Positions 24,190 to 36,934 of a DNA stretch of 64,000 bases are shown here, in pieces. The position numbers and the translations under genes are program-made. Under the pieces are notes generated by a model. The model searched no databases. It saw nothing but the letters and a program-made list of their open reading frames with translations, and had not been told where the DNA came from. Numbering within the stretch: the first letter of the stretch is position 1; each line of letters begins with the position of its first letter. This stretch comes from Hypanus sabinus (lineage: Eukaryota). The DNA lies in the NCBI RefSeq assembly GCF_030144855.1, contig NC_082727.1, positions 44,516,001 through 44,580,000 on the forward strand, given 5' to 3'.

Positions 24190-25040
24190 TGCTGAGATTG
24201 GAAGACCACAATCTCTGAGGATTGGTGATAATATCTCCTCCTCACTGACAATCAACACTGGTGCAGCTCAGTGGTGTGTGCTTAGCCCACTGCTTTACTC
24301 TCTATATACCCATGACTGTGTGGCTTGGCATAACTCAAATACCATCTATAAATTTGCTGATGATACAACGAATGTTGGTAGAATCTCAGATGGAGACAAG
24401 AGGTGTACAGGAGTGAGATACATTAATTGGAGTGGTGTCGCAGCAACAACTTGCTTTCAATGTCAGAAAGATGAAAGAGCGGATTATGGACTTCAGGGAA
24501 GGTAAGATGAAGGAACACATACCAATCCTCATAGAGGGATCAGAACTGGAGGGAGTGAGCAGTTTCAAGCTCCTGGGTGCCAAGATCTCTGAAGACCTAA
24601 CCTGGTCCCAAAATATTGATGCAGCTATAAAGAAAGCAAAACAGCGACTAAACTTGATTAGGAGCTTGAAGAGATTTGGTATGTCAACAAAAACACTCAA
24701 AAAATGTGGAGAGCATTCTGACAGGCTGCATCACTTGCTGATATACTGGGCGAGGGGGGTGCTACTGCACAGGACGGCAAAAAGCTGCAGAGGGTCATAA
24801 ATTTTGTTGGCTCCATCTTGGGTACTAGCCTACAAAGTACCCGAGACATCTTCAAGGAGCAGTTTCTCAGAAAGACAGCATCTATCATTAAGGACCCTAG
24901 CACCCAGGGCATGCCCTTTTCTCATTGTTACCATCAGGTAGGAGGTACAGAAGCCTGAAGGCACACACTCAGTGATTTAGGAACAGCTTCTTCCCCTCTG
25001 CCACCTGATTCCTAAATGGCCTATGAATACACTCTGCCCA
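24190..25040 (+). mobile_element. Rex1/Babar LINE fragment nested in Gypsy gag
   Basis: GAAQWCVLSPLLYSLYTHDC..YKFADDT; KAKQRLNLIRSLKRFG; cut off before the terminal tail. Confidence 0.9.
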
Positions 25041-25044
25041 GGAT

Positions 25045-28000
25045 AAACATAGAAACATAGAAAACTTACAGCACAATACAGGCCCTTTGGCACACAATGC
25101 TGTGCCAAACATAGACAATAGGCAATAGGTGCAGAAGTAGACCATTCGGCCCCTCGAGTCTGCACCGCCATTCTGAGATCATGGCTGATCATTCACTATC
25201 AATACCCAGTCCCTGCCTTGTCCCCATATCCCTTGATTCCCCTATCCATCAGATATCTATCTAGCTCCTTCTTGAAAGCATCCAGAGAATTGGCCTCCAC
25301 CGTCTTCCGAGGTAGTGCATTCCACACCTGCACAACTCTCTGGGAGAAGAAGCTCTTCCTCAACTCTGTTTTAAATAACTGACCTCTTATTCTCAATCCA
25401 TGCCCTCTGGTACTGGACTCTCCCAACATCTGGAACATATTTCCTGCCTCAATCCTATCAAATCCTTTAATTATCTTAAACGTTTCAATCAGATCCCCTC
25501 TCAATCTCCTCAATTCCAGCGTGTACAAGCCCAATCTCTCCAATCTCTCTGCGTAAGACAGCCCTGCCATCCCAGGAATCAACCTAGTGAATCTATGCTG
25601 CACTTCCTCAACTGCCAGAATGTCCTTCCTTAAACCTGGAGACCAAAACTGTACACAATATTCCAGGTCTGGTCTCACCAGGGCCCTGTACAAATGCAAA
25701 AGGACATCCTTGCTCTTGTATTCAATTCCCCTTGTAACAAAGGCCAACATTCCATTTGCCCTCTTCACTGCCTGTTGCACTTGCTCATTCACCTTCATTG
25801 ACTGGTGAACTAGGACTCATAGGTCTCTTTGCATTTCTCCCTTATCTAACTCTACTCCGTTCAGACAATACTCTGCCCTCTTGTTCCTGCTTCCAAAGTG
25901 GATAACTTCACATTTATTCACATTGAATGACATCTGCCAAGTATCTGCCCACTCACCCAGCCTATCCAAGTCTCCCTGTATTCTCCTAACGTCCTCTTCG
26001 CATGTCACACTGCCACCCAGTTTAGTATCGTCAGCAAACTTGCTGATATAGTTTTCAATGCCCTCATCTAAATCATTGACATAAATCGTAAAGAGCTGTG
26101 GTCCCAATACAGAGCCCTATGGTACCCCACTAGTCACCTCCAGCCAGTCCGAGAAACACCCATTCACTGCTACCCTTTGCTTTCTATCTGCCAACCAGTT
26201 TTCTATCCATGTTGAAACCCTGCCCCCAATGCCATGAGCTCTGATTTTACTCACCAATCTCCTATGTGGCACCTTATCGAATGCCTTCTGAAAATCTAGG
26301 TATACAACATCCACTGGCTTACCCTCGTCTAACATCCTTGTTACACCCTCAAAAAACTCCAACGGATTAGTCAAGCATGATTTGCCCTTGGTAAATCCAT
26401 GCTGGCTCGGCCTAATCCTATTTCTGCCATCTAGATGTGCCACTATTTCGTCCTTAATAATGGACTCAAGCATCTTCCCCACGACTGACGTTAGGCTAAC
26501 AGGGCGATAGTTCTCCGTTTTCTCCTTCCCTCCCTTCTTGAAAAGTGGGATAACATTAGCCACTCTCCAACCTTCAGGAACTGATCCTGAATCTAAGGAA
26601 CATTGGAAAATGATTACCAATGCATCCGCAATTTCCTGAGCCACCTCTTTTAGAACCCTCGGATGCAGACCATCTGGACCCAGGGATTTATTAGCCTTCA
26701 GTCCTACCAGTCTACTCATCACAGTTTCTTTCCTAATGTCAATCTGTCTCAATTCCTCTGATATCTTATGACCCTGGCCCATCCATACATCTGGGAGATT
26801 GCTTGTGTCCTCCCTGGTGAAGACAGATCTAAAGTACGCATTAAATTCTGTTGCCATTTCCCTGTTTCCCATAACAATTTCTCCCAATTCATTCTTCAAG
26901 GGGCCAACATTGTTCTTAACTATCTTCTTTCTCTTCACATAGCTAAAAAAGCTTTTGCTATCCCCTTTTATATTCCTGGCTAGACTGAGCTCATACCTGA
27001 TTTTTTCTCTCCGTATTGCTTTTTTAGTTAAGATCTGCTGCTCCTTAAAACTTTCCCAATCATCTGTATTCCCACTCATCTTAGCCCTGTCATACTTCTT
27101 TTTCTTTAATGCTATACAATCTCTGACTTCCTTTGTCAACCACTGTGGCCCCTTCCCCCTCTTTGAATCCTTCCTTCTCATTGGAATGAACTGCTTTTGC
27201 ATCTTTTGTATTATGCCCACGAATATCTGCCACTGCTGATCCGCTGTAAACATGTAGTTACTTAGAAATTAACTAAGGTTACCCATAGCCCTCTACTTTT
27301 CTAAGTTCCAGATTCAGGACTCTCTTAAAAGACCCTATCATATCCGCCTCCACCGCTGGTGCTGGAAGCCCATTCCATGCACTCACCACTCTCTGTGTAA
27401 AAAACTTAACCCAGACATCACCTCTGTACCTATTTCCCAGCACCCTAGAACTGTGCCCTCTTGTGGCAGCCATTTCAGCCCTGGGTAAAAGCCTCTGACT
27501 ACCCACATGATCAATGGCTCTCATCAGCTTATACACCTCTATTAGGTCACCTCTCATCCTCCTTCGTTCCAAGGAGAAAAGGCCGAGTTCACTCAACCTA
27601 TTCTCATAGGGCATGCTCCCCAATCCCGGCAACATCCTTGTAAATCTCCTCTGCACCCTTTCTATAGTTTCCGCATCCTTCCTGTAGTGAGATGACCAGA
27701 ACTGAGCCCAGTACTCCAAATGGGGCCTGACCAGGGTTGCATATAGCTGTAACATTACCTCTCGGTTCTTAAACTCTATCCCACGATTGATGAAGGCCAT
27801 TACACTGTATGCCTTCTTAACCACAGAGTCAACCTGCACAGTATCTTTGAGTGTCCTATGGACTCAGATCCCAAGATCCCCCTGATCCTCCACACTGCCA
27901 AGAGTCTTGCCATTAATACTATATTCTGCCATCACATTTGACCTACCAAAATGGACCACCTCACACTTAACTGGGTTGAATTCCATCTGCCACTTCTCAG

Positions 28001-31000
28001 CCCAGTTTTGCATCCTATCAATGTCCGGCTGTGACCTCTGACAGCCCTCCACACTATCCACAACACCTCCAACCTTCGTGTCATCAGCAAATTTACTAAC
28101 CCATCCTTCCACTTCCTCATCCAGGTCATTTATAAAAAAATCACAAAGAGAAGGTGTCCCAGAACAGATCCCTGAGGCACACCCCTGGTGATCGACCTCC
28201 ATGCAGAATATGACCCATCTACAACCACTCTTTGCCTTCTGTGGGCAAGCCAGTTCTGGATCCACAAAGCAATGTCCCCTTTGATCCCATACCTCCTTAC
28301 TTTCTCAGAAGCCTTGCATGGGGTACCTTATCAAATGCCTTGCTGAAATCCATATACACTACATCTACTGCTCTTCCTTCATCAATGTGTTTAGTCACAT
28401 CCTCAAAAAATTCAGTCAGGCTCGAAAGGCATGACCTGCCTTTGACAAAGCCATGTTGACTATTCCAAAACATATTATGCCTCTCCAAATGTTCCTAAAT
28501 TCTGCCTCTCAGGATCTTTTACATCAACTTGCCAACCACTGAAGTAAGACTCACTGGTCTATAATTTGTTGGGCTATCTCTACACTCTTTCTTGAATAAG
28601 GGAACAATATCTGCAATTCTCCAATCCTTCGGAACCTCTCCTGTCCCCAATGATGATGCAAAGATCATTGTCAGAGGCTCAGCAACCTCCTCCCTTGCCT
28701 CCAACAGTAGCCTGGGGTACGTCTCATCTGGTCCCGGAGACTTATCCAACTTGATGCTTTCCAAAAGCTCCAGCACGTCCTTTCTTGATGTTTATATGCT
28801 CAAGTTTTTCAATCCTCCCTACAATCACCAAGATCCTTTTCCATAGTGAATGCTGAAGCAAAGTATTCATTAAATACCTCTGCTATCTCCTTCAGTTCCA
28901 TACACTCTTTTCCACTGTCACACTTGATTGGTTGTATTCTCTCACATTTTATCCTCTTGCTCTTCACATATTTGTAGAATGCCTAGGGGGTTTTCCATAA
29001 TCCTGCTCGCTAAGGCCTTTGCATGACCCCTTCTGGCTCTCCTAATTTCATTCTTAAGATCCTTCCTGCTAGCCTTATAAGCTTCTAGATCTCTATCATT
29101 ACCTTGTTTTTTTGAACCTTATACATAAGCTCTTCTTTTCTTCTTGACTAGATTTTCAACAGCCTTTGTTCACCGCAATTCCTGTACCCTAATGTTCTTT
29201 CCCTGTCTCATTGGAACATAACTATGCAGAAAGCTACGCAAATACCTCCAGAACCTTTGCCACATTTCTTCCATACATTTCCCTGAGAAAATCTCTTCCC
29301 AACTTATGCTTCCAAGTTCCTGCCTGATAGCTTCATATTTCCCCTTAATCCAATTAAATGCTTTCCTACCTTGTCTGTTGCTATTCAATGCTATGGTAAA
29401 GGAGATAGAATTGTGATCACTATCTCCAAAATGCTCTCCCACTGACAGACCTGACCAGGCTAATTTCCCAATACCAGATCAAGTACAGCCTCTCCTCTTG
29501 TAGGCTTATCTACATATTGTGTCAGGAAACCTTCCTGAACACAACTAACAAACTCTACCCCATCTAAACCCTTTGCTCTAGGGAGATGCCAATCAATATT
29601 TGGGAAATTAAAATCTCCCACCACGACAACCTTGTTAATATTACATCTTTCCAGAATCTGTCTCCCTATCTGCTCCTTGATGTCTCTGTTACTATTGGGT
29701 GGTCTATAAAAATCACCCAGTCAAGTTATTGACCTCTTCCTGTTTCTAACTTCCACTCAGCGGACAATCCCTCCATGACTCCCTCCTTTTCTGCAGCCTT
29801 GACACCATCTCTGATCAACAGTGCCACACCCTACCACCTCTTTTGCATCCCTCCCTGTCCTTTCTGAAACGTCTATGGCCTGGCACTATTAGTAACCATT
29901 CCTGCTCTTGAGCCATCCAGGTCCCTGTAATGGCCACAACATCATAGCTTCCAGTGCTGATCCACACTCTCAGCTCATCCGCTTTGTTCATGATACTCCT
30001 TGCATTAAAATAGACACATCTCAAACCATCAGTCTGAGCGCATCCCTTCTCCGTCACCTGCCTATCCTCCCTCTCGCACCGTCTACAAGCTTTTTCTATT
30101 TTTGAGCCAACAGCCCCTTCCTCTGTCTGTTAAGTTCGGTTCCCACTTCCCAGCAGTTCTAGTTTAAACTCTCTCCAATAGCCTCAGCAAACCTCCCTGC
30201 CAGGATATTGCCCACCCCCCAGACTCAAGTGCGACCTATCCTTTTTGTACAGGTCATGCCTGCCCCAAAACAGGTCCCAATGATCTAGAAATCTGAATCC
30301 CTGCCCCCTGCTCCAATCCCTCAGCCACGCATTTATCCTCCACCTCACTCTATTCCTATTCTCACTGTCGTGTGGCACAGGCAGTAATGCCGAGATTACT
30401 ACTTTTGAAGTTCTGCTTCTCAACTTCCTTCCTAACTCCCTGTAGTCTGCTTTCAGCGCCTCCTCCCTTTTCCTGCCTATTTTGTTGGTACCAATATGTA
30501 CCACAACCTCTGGCTGTTCACCTTCCCACTTCAGGATATCGTGGACGTAATCAGGAACATCCCAGACCCTGGCACATGGGAGGCAAACTACCATCTGCAT
30601 TTCTTTCCTTCATCAACAGAATTGCCTGTCTGACCCCCTAACTATAGAGTCTTCTATTACTGCTGCCTTCTTCCTTTCCCTACCCTTCTGAGCCACAGGG
30701 CCAGACTCTGTGCCAGTGGCACGGCCACTGTTGCTTCCCCCAGGTAGGCCTTTCCTCCCAACAGTACTCAAACAGGAATACTTACTGTTAAGGGGCACAG
30801 CCACAGGGTTACTCTTTAGTATCTGACCCTTGCCCTTCCCTCTTCTGACTGTTACCCACTTATCTGTCTTCTGAGGCCCTGGTGTGACTATTTAGTTCCT
30901 CTCTATCACCTCCTCACTTTCCCTGTTCAGATGAAGGTCATCGAGCTGCATGTCCAGTTCCTTAAAGCTGTCCCTAAGGAGCTGCAGCTTGACGCAGCTG

Positions 31001-31140
31001 ACACAAATGTGGCTGTCTGGGAGGCTGGGAGTCTCCTGGACATCCCATGTCTGACACGTAGTGCAGAACAGTGGCCTCAGAGACATACTTCCTGTTTCTA
31101 TTCTTCACAGATAACCTACCTGGCCTCGAACCGTTATCAC
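25045..31140 (-). mobile_element. Near full-length CR1 LINE (CR1-B) with ORF1 and decayed ORF2; 3' UTR split by CR1-A
   Basis: Tail AAACATAGAAACATAG at ~25045, with the UTR resuming at 27254. ORF2 motifs: CVYFNARSI, FGDSDHN, NYRPVSLTSVVGK, QHGFVKGRSC, YMDFSKAFDKVPH, KFADDTK. ORF1 has a Cys cluster (CTTCQTW..HICVSCVKL, 30892-31086) and an SGNH-esterase-like domain (IEDSIVR, VHIGTN, FLDHW; 30184-30660). Confidence 0.93.
25113..27247 (-). mobile_element. Young 5'-truncated CR1 LINE (CR1-A)
   Basis: ORFs 26117-27253, 25817-26107 and 25199-25798 share one frame, broken only by two stops (VP*GSVLGP, DL*VLV). TSD is AAACAT (25107-25112 / 27248-27253). Confidence 0.95.
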
Positions 31141-32950
31141 CGTTATCAAGAGTATCTTTGCAAATCTTTCTGGAGGGAGATAGAAGCAGAGTCTAAAGCT
31201 TGTCTCACCATAAACACTCACAAAGGCTTTATCCCTATAATGGGGTAGTATCTGTTCCAGTGGTCTGGCAGAAAGCTGCCAGGCTGCCTAGGCACTACGT
31301 GTTACCTGGATGAATCACCGTTACCAATAAGGATGGAAAGGAGCATGTCCAAAATCTCAAGACAGTGTTAAAAAGTTTAGAAGATTATAGTCTCAGAGCA
31401 CAGCACAACAAGTGTGAATTCTTTAAACCGAGCATCATTTACTGTGGTCACACCATCGTTGCACAAGGATTACACGTGTGCTCACAAAATTCAAAAAATA
31501 GTGGATGCCCCAAGGCCAAAGGATGTACCACAGATGCTGTTCATTTTAAGATTTACCAATTACTATAACAGATTCCTGTCAAACCTGGCTAATGTGCTCC
31601 CTGAACCCATTACCACAGGTCAGGAAGAAGTGGCAATGGACAAGGTACTGTAGTTATTAAAAGGGGAAAGGAAATGGTGACATCAGACTCTGTACTCACA
31701 CATCATGATTTACACTGTCCAGTGAAACTTGCCTGTGGTGCCTCATCTGATGGTAGAGGTGTAGTCATGTCATATGTTATGAGTGATGGAAGTGAACGCC
31801 CCATTAGCTTTTGCATCACATTCCCTTACTGCTGCAGAGAAAAATTATTTACAGATTGACTTTGAGTGTGATTTGTGGTGTAAAACATTACAACCAGTAC
31901 TTGTATGGGAGAGAGTTTACCTTCATTACTGATCATCAACCACCAGTGTCCATTTTTAATCCACAGAAGGGTGTTCCACTAACAACATCAGCATGAATGC
32001 AGACAGGTTATCTGTTTCTTGGAGGTCACAAGTACAAGATAGAATTCCAGAGAATGGCTAATCATGGAAATGCTTGATAAATTGTTCCATTTGCATTTGG
32101 AAAAGTAAATACCTGAAAAATGTACAAAAGAGGACACTCCTCTTGATGTGAGATGGTGACGTTGACCCAGGCCTGAGAGGCCAGCGTCGCGTATTTGAAT
32201 GCCTTACAAGTTGTGGAAATCAAAGGGAAACTAGAAAAGACCCCTCACTGTTTCAGATTCACAAGGCCACCCAAAATGTCTGGAATCTGCAGCAGAAACT
32301 CCAGCTCCCCAATTTTTACCATCACTAGTATGAACTTGTCCTTGACAGAGATTGTTTTCTCTGGGGATTGAAAGTTATTGTACCATCCAAGTTGAGAGCT
32401 AAAATGTTGGAGGAGGTACATGCTGGTCATCTGTGCGTGGTCAAAATGAAAACATTGGCTTGAAGCTTTATCCTGGTGGTCTGGGATAGATCAGCAGATC
32501 AAGCAGCTTGCCATGCAATATTTGGGATGCCAACATGCCTAGAAGATGCCAAGAGCAGTGCCTCTCCATCTTTGAGGATGGCCCACATTGCCCTCGCAGA
32601 GGATTCATGTGGATTTTGCCAGACCATTCATGGGCACAAATTACTTTGTAGTAGTGGATGCAGCTATAAATTAGCCAGAAGTGTTTCCAATAGCTTTGCA
32701 CTACCCCTTGCACACTGTTGATGTGTTGAGGAGCCTCTTCTCAAGGACTGGTGTTCCAGAACACCTACTCAGTGACAATGGACCACAGTTTATTGCAGAA
32801 CCCTAATGCATTCATGAACATGTATGGAAAGACATATTGCATCTGCTCGGTACCACCCAGCTACAAATGGCATGGTGGGAAGGTTTGTCGAGAGGCCAAA
32901 GAATGCACTGTGAGCAATGTCAGTGGAACTCACTACACTGACATTGAATC

Positions 32951-33905
32951 TGGATGATGGGGTCGTAAATTGGATTAGTAAATATGCCGATGATACTAAG
33001 GTAGGAGGTATTGTGGATAATGAGGTGGGTTTTCAAAGCTTGCAGGGAGATTTATGCCGGTTAGAAGAATGGGCTGAACGTTGGCAGATGGAGTTTAATG
33101 CTGAGAAGTGTGAGGTTCTACATTTTGGCAGGAATAATCCAAATAGAACATACAGGGTAAATGGTAGGGCATTGAGGAATGCAGTGGAACAGAGAGATCT
33201 AGGAATAACAGTGCATAGTTCCCTGAAGGTTGAGTCTCATGTAGATAGGGTGGTGAAGAAGGCTTTTGGAACGCTGGCCTTTATAAATCAGAGCATTGAG
33301 TACAGAAGTTGGGATGTAATGTTAAAATTGTACAAGGCTTTGGTATGGCCAAATTTAGAATATTGTGTACAGTTCTGGTCACTGAATTATAGGAAAGATA
33401 TCAATAAATTAGAGAGAGTGCAGAGACGATTTACTAGGACGTTACCTGGGTTTCAACACTTAAGTTACAGGGAAACTTTGAACAAGTTAGGTCTCTATTC
33501 ATTGGAGCGTAGAAGGTTGAGGGGGGATTTGATCGAGATATTTAAAATTTTGAGAGGGATAGATAGAGTTGACGTGAATAGGCTGTTTCCATTGAGGGTA
33601 GGGGAGATTCAAACGAGAGGACATGATTTGAAAGTTAGGGGGCAGAAGTTTAAGGGAAACACGAGGGGGTATTTCTTTACTCAGAGAGTGATAGCTGTGT
33701 GGAATGAGCTTCCTGTAGAAGTAGTAGAGGCCAGTTCAGTTGTGTCATTTAAGGTAAAATTGGATAGGTATATGGACAGGAAAGGAGTGGAGGGTTATGG
33801 GCTGAGTGTGGGTAAGTGGGATTAAGAGTTCAGCACAGACTAGGAGGGCCGAGATGGCCTGTCTCCGTGCTGTGATTGTTATATGGTTATATGTTATATG
33901 GTTAT
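32951..33905 (+). mobile_element. Young 5'-truncated CR1 LINE (CR1-C) inserted in the Gypsy integrase
   Basis: Uninterrupted frame from KYADDTK to the ORF2 C-terminus (ORF 32917-33825); (GTTATATG)n tail. The Gypsy sequence resumes with AGAAGCTCACTAATTTCC. Confidence 0.95.
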
Positions 33906-34217
33906 AATTAGAAGCTCACTAATTTCCTCCTCGCATATCACAACACAGCACACTCCACAACCAACAATCACCAGCTATGCTGTTACTGGGTCATCTCTTG
34001 TGCTCACACTTGGATGTTCTCAAACCCAGTCTTCTATGGCATATGCAGGGCAAACAGCTGAGGCAAACTGCGGGCTTCTCAAACAAGGAGGTGTGATATT
34101 AAAGCAGTCCTAGTGAGGGACAACAGAGGTAATCAAAAGTGGATACTTGGAAAGGTTAAGAACAGAGCTTGAGATGCATTCATATTGAGTTGGTGTTTAG
34201 AGCTAAGCAGGGAAGAG

Positions 34218-34467
34218 TGTTGTGTATTTAATATTTCAGTAATATTTAAATAATATTTTGAATATATTGTTTGATTAAGCATTCTTTGCTGTTTAAATAA
34301 TTCATTATGGGTTATATGTAAGAGTACGTAAATGGCACACGTCATTATGCCACCACATCACATGTGTGCACCTCACTGAAGTAAAAACAAAGCAAAGCAC
34401 AAGCATCACCTCGGTCTGTGCTTTTTCTTTCAATTAGTTTTATGTTTTGGAGTTACAAAACATATCA
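34218..34467 (+). repeat. Gypsy 3' LTR
   Basis: TG...CA, preceded by the PPT and followed by TSD AGTTA. Confidence 0.9.
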
Positions 34468-34575
34468 AGTTATAAGCAATTAATTGAAAACCGACGTTAA
34501 TTATTGAATGCCTCATTCAATTCTAATTAGTAACAGGCAATTAAATGTAAATAATTTGTATTTTTTTCTTCAATA

Positions 34576-35507
34576 CAGGCAGTCCCCAGGTTACGTACGA
34601 GTTCCGTTCCTGAGTCCATCTTTAAATCAGATTTGTACTTAAGTCAGAACAAGTACATCCGGTATTATTTAGCGTCAGTCAAATGTTTTTCTTACAATAT
34701 AATATATATTTTACCTTTCAATGCATATAAAACACTTAAGAAACGTATGTATTCCAATACTTAAACCACTTCATTGCTTAGTAATAATTGTAACTTTCAT
34801 TGGGCAGGGCCTTTCACATGCTCCATTATTCTCACTTTATCCTTTAAAATTGTTCCGATCATTGACTGACTGTAGCCTAATGCTTTTCCAATGACTGATG
34901 GCATTTCACCTCTTTCCAAACGCTTTATTATTTCCACTTTATTTTCAATCACGATCGCTTCCCGTCAATGGAACAGAAACACTGCGGGCGGCGGGTCCCA
35001 ACCTGCGCCTGCTCCCGAGGTCCGCTGGGTCCTAAGGACCATAGCACTAAATTCCTTGGGTCCTAAACTGCACCGCACTGAGACAGGTTAAATGAGACAA
35101 GTAGGGGCTGTGCTGGGATTGGGTATTTGATCCTCCACAATATTCCACGTAGGAATTTAAACTGGAGGTGGCAGTTTTTTTTTAAACAAGTTCGAGTTGC
35201 GAGCTTGACATCAACTCGGCACTGGAGTGGTCTGTCACTAAAATCAAACTCAGGAACCTCTGATCTGACTGTGCCACTTCCCGACCGGAACGGAGGTGGG
35301 AAGGTAGGAGCGGGGTCGGGGTGAATCTTACTAAGAAAAATTTAAGCCAAATACAAAGTTAAACACTCAACACAGAGACAATGGCAACGACTTAAAAGGG
35401 CAGACAGTGTCGCAATCCGACTTAAAATGGCGGACGGTGTTCCCCTTCCTCGGTTCGTAAGTACAAGTTGTCTGCAAGTCAGACGTTCGTAACTCGGGGA
35501 CTACCTG
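34576..35507 (-). mobile_element. Non-autonomous Tigger/pogo DNA transposon (932 bp)
   Basis: TA TSDs; 24-bp TIRs CAGGCAGTCCCCAGGTTACGTACG and CAGGTAGTCCCCGAGTTACGAACG (20/24). The minus strand at ~34800-34960 encodes a CENP-B-type N-terminal HTH, IVIENKVEIIKRLERGEMPSVIGKALGYSQSMIGTILKDKVRI. Confidence 0.9.
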
Positions 35508-36261
35508 TATATGAGCAATGAAAAATGGTTAGTGCTTTTATACAACTGGGCAATTTTTGCATTTGCGACTTTCTTCCACCATTTTTAGTGTTGTGTTGTT
35601 TTTGTCAAACCTGGCATTTATTAAATAAGGAGGTTTTAGCGCACCTTCTTCCTGAGTCACCGAAACAGTGTGACTCTACTGAAGGTGTTGTTGGCTATTT
35701 GCAAGGGTAGTGGGGGAATAGGAGTGGTGTACGATCAGGAAAATATCTGGCAGCTGCTCTTCTTTGATTAAAGGATAACGGAGAACACTGCAGCCTCGGG
35801 ATCATTTTTGTTGACGCTAATGTTTTATTCACAGATTTTTAAAAAACCTATTCAGATTCCCACTGTGCAATTTGAGCAGTTGTTCTCTTAATCATCAGTC
35901 CAGAAGTACAACAATACTCTGATGTATCATGTTCAATAGCTGATCAAAATGAGCACTGACCAGTTTCCAGAGGTGTAGCGTATTAGTCCTGGGAACAATG
36001 TGCTATAAATTAATATACTTGGTGGTGTTTGTACATAGATCCAATAGCTAAACTTTACAAGGCTATTTCTTTGAGATAGCTGAGCAAATTCAAATTGCTA
36101 GCGTAGATTTTTAATTTATTGCTGTCAGCAAGAGATTCAGAAAGGAAGACAATGACTTGTCACATGCACTTGTACTGCTCTGTGGAAACTTATCTACATG
36201 CCCTAACCCCAGTTCCTTGGGTGGTGTCTCATTAAACAAATATCTCTGCTAAGAGCAGCAA

Positions 36262-36660
36262 ATCATAAGATTGTGAGAAAATAGCAGCAGGAAGAGACCA
36301 CTTGCTTCTCAAGGCTGCCCCATCTTTCAAAACAGTCATGACTGATCTGGTTCAGGCCTCTTCTCTTCTCTGCCAGTCCTCCACAGCCCTCAGTCATCCA
36401 ATCTTTCACAACTGTATCTACTTCTACTTTAAATAACCACAATGATCTACTTTTCACAATCCTTTTGTGTAGAGAAAGATTTACCACTCTCTATGAGAAA
36501 ACAATTCTTCATTCCTCAGATTTAAATGACTACCCCTGATCTTGTAACTATGTCCTCAAGCTCAAGATTCTCCCCCTAATAAATATCTACCCTGTCATGT
36601 TTCCTAAAGATGCTGAATGTTTCAATAAAATCACCCCTTATTCTTTTAAATTTCAAAGGA
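36262..36660 (-). mobile_element. Decayed CR1 3' fragment
   Basis: CATAAGA tail, SLWLFKVEVD C-terminal motif and RGH-like remnant. Confidence 0.7.
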
Positions 36661-36934
36661 ATTTAATTTTAAATTGGTCAGATGTAAATTCTGCACTATC
36701 ATCGCAGATTGTTTTCAATTTTCAGTCGTGTACATTTCATACCTTAATTACAGTGTTCTATTTCATAAAGAATTTTGAAAATAAATTAAACATTATAAGT
36801 AGCTTGTGGCTCATAGAGTAATTATTTTCAAGAATATTATGAAAACGTAGATCCTTCAAACAAGGATTTGCTAAAGAGGACAGCTAAATGTTTACCATGT
36901 GGTGTGGATACGATGAGGAATTTTGTAAGAATGT

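Larger units (their letters stand above)
23237..34467 (+). mobile_element. Gypsy LTR retrotransposon with both LTRs, decayed, internally deleted and carrying four nested LINEs
   Basis: 5' LTR 23237-23475 and 3' LTR 34218-34467 align. TSD is AGTTA (23232-23236 / 34468-34472). PBS-like TGGCAACAAGG follows the 5' LTR and the PPT AAGCAGGGAAGAG precedes the 3' LTR. Gag reads GKIDAFD..YSLLRSLTA..MQEHLQPKALLIAE; RT LTINTHKG; RNase H PVKLACGASSDGRGVVMS and YLYGREFTFITDHQP; integrase IHVDFARPFMG..VVVDA and SDNGPQF. Confidence 0.92.

Noticed and set aside
30184-31086. Esterase and Cys-cluster ORFs as captured host genes
   Set aside because: They are the established CR1 ORF1 architecture.
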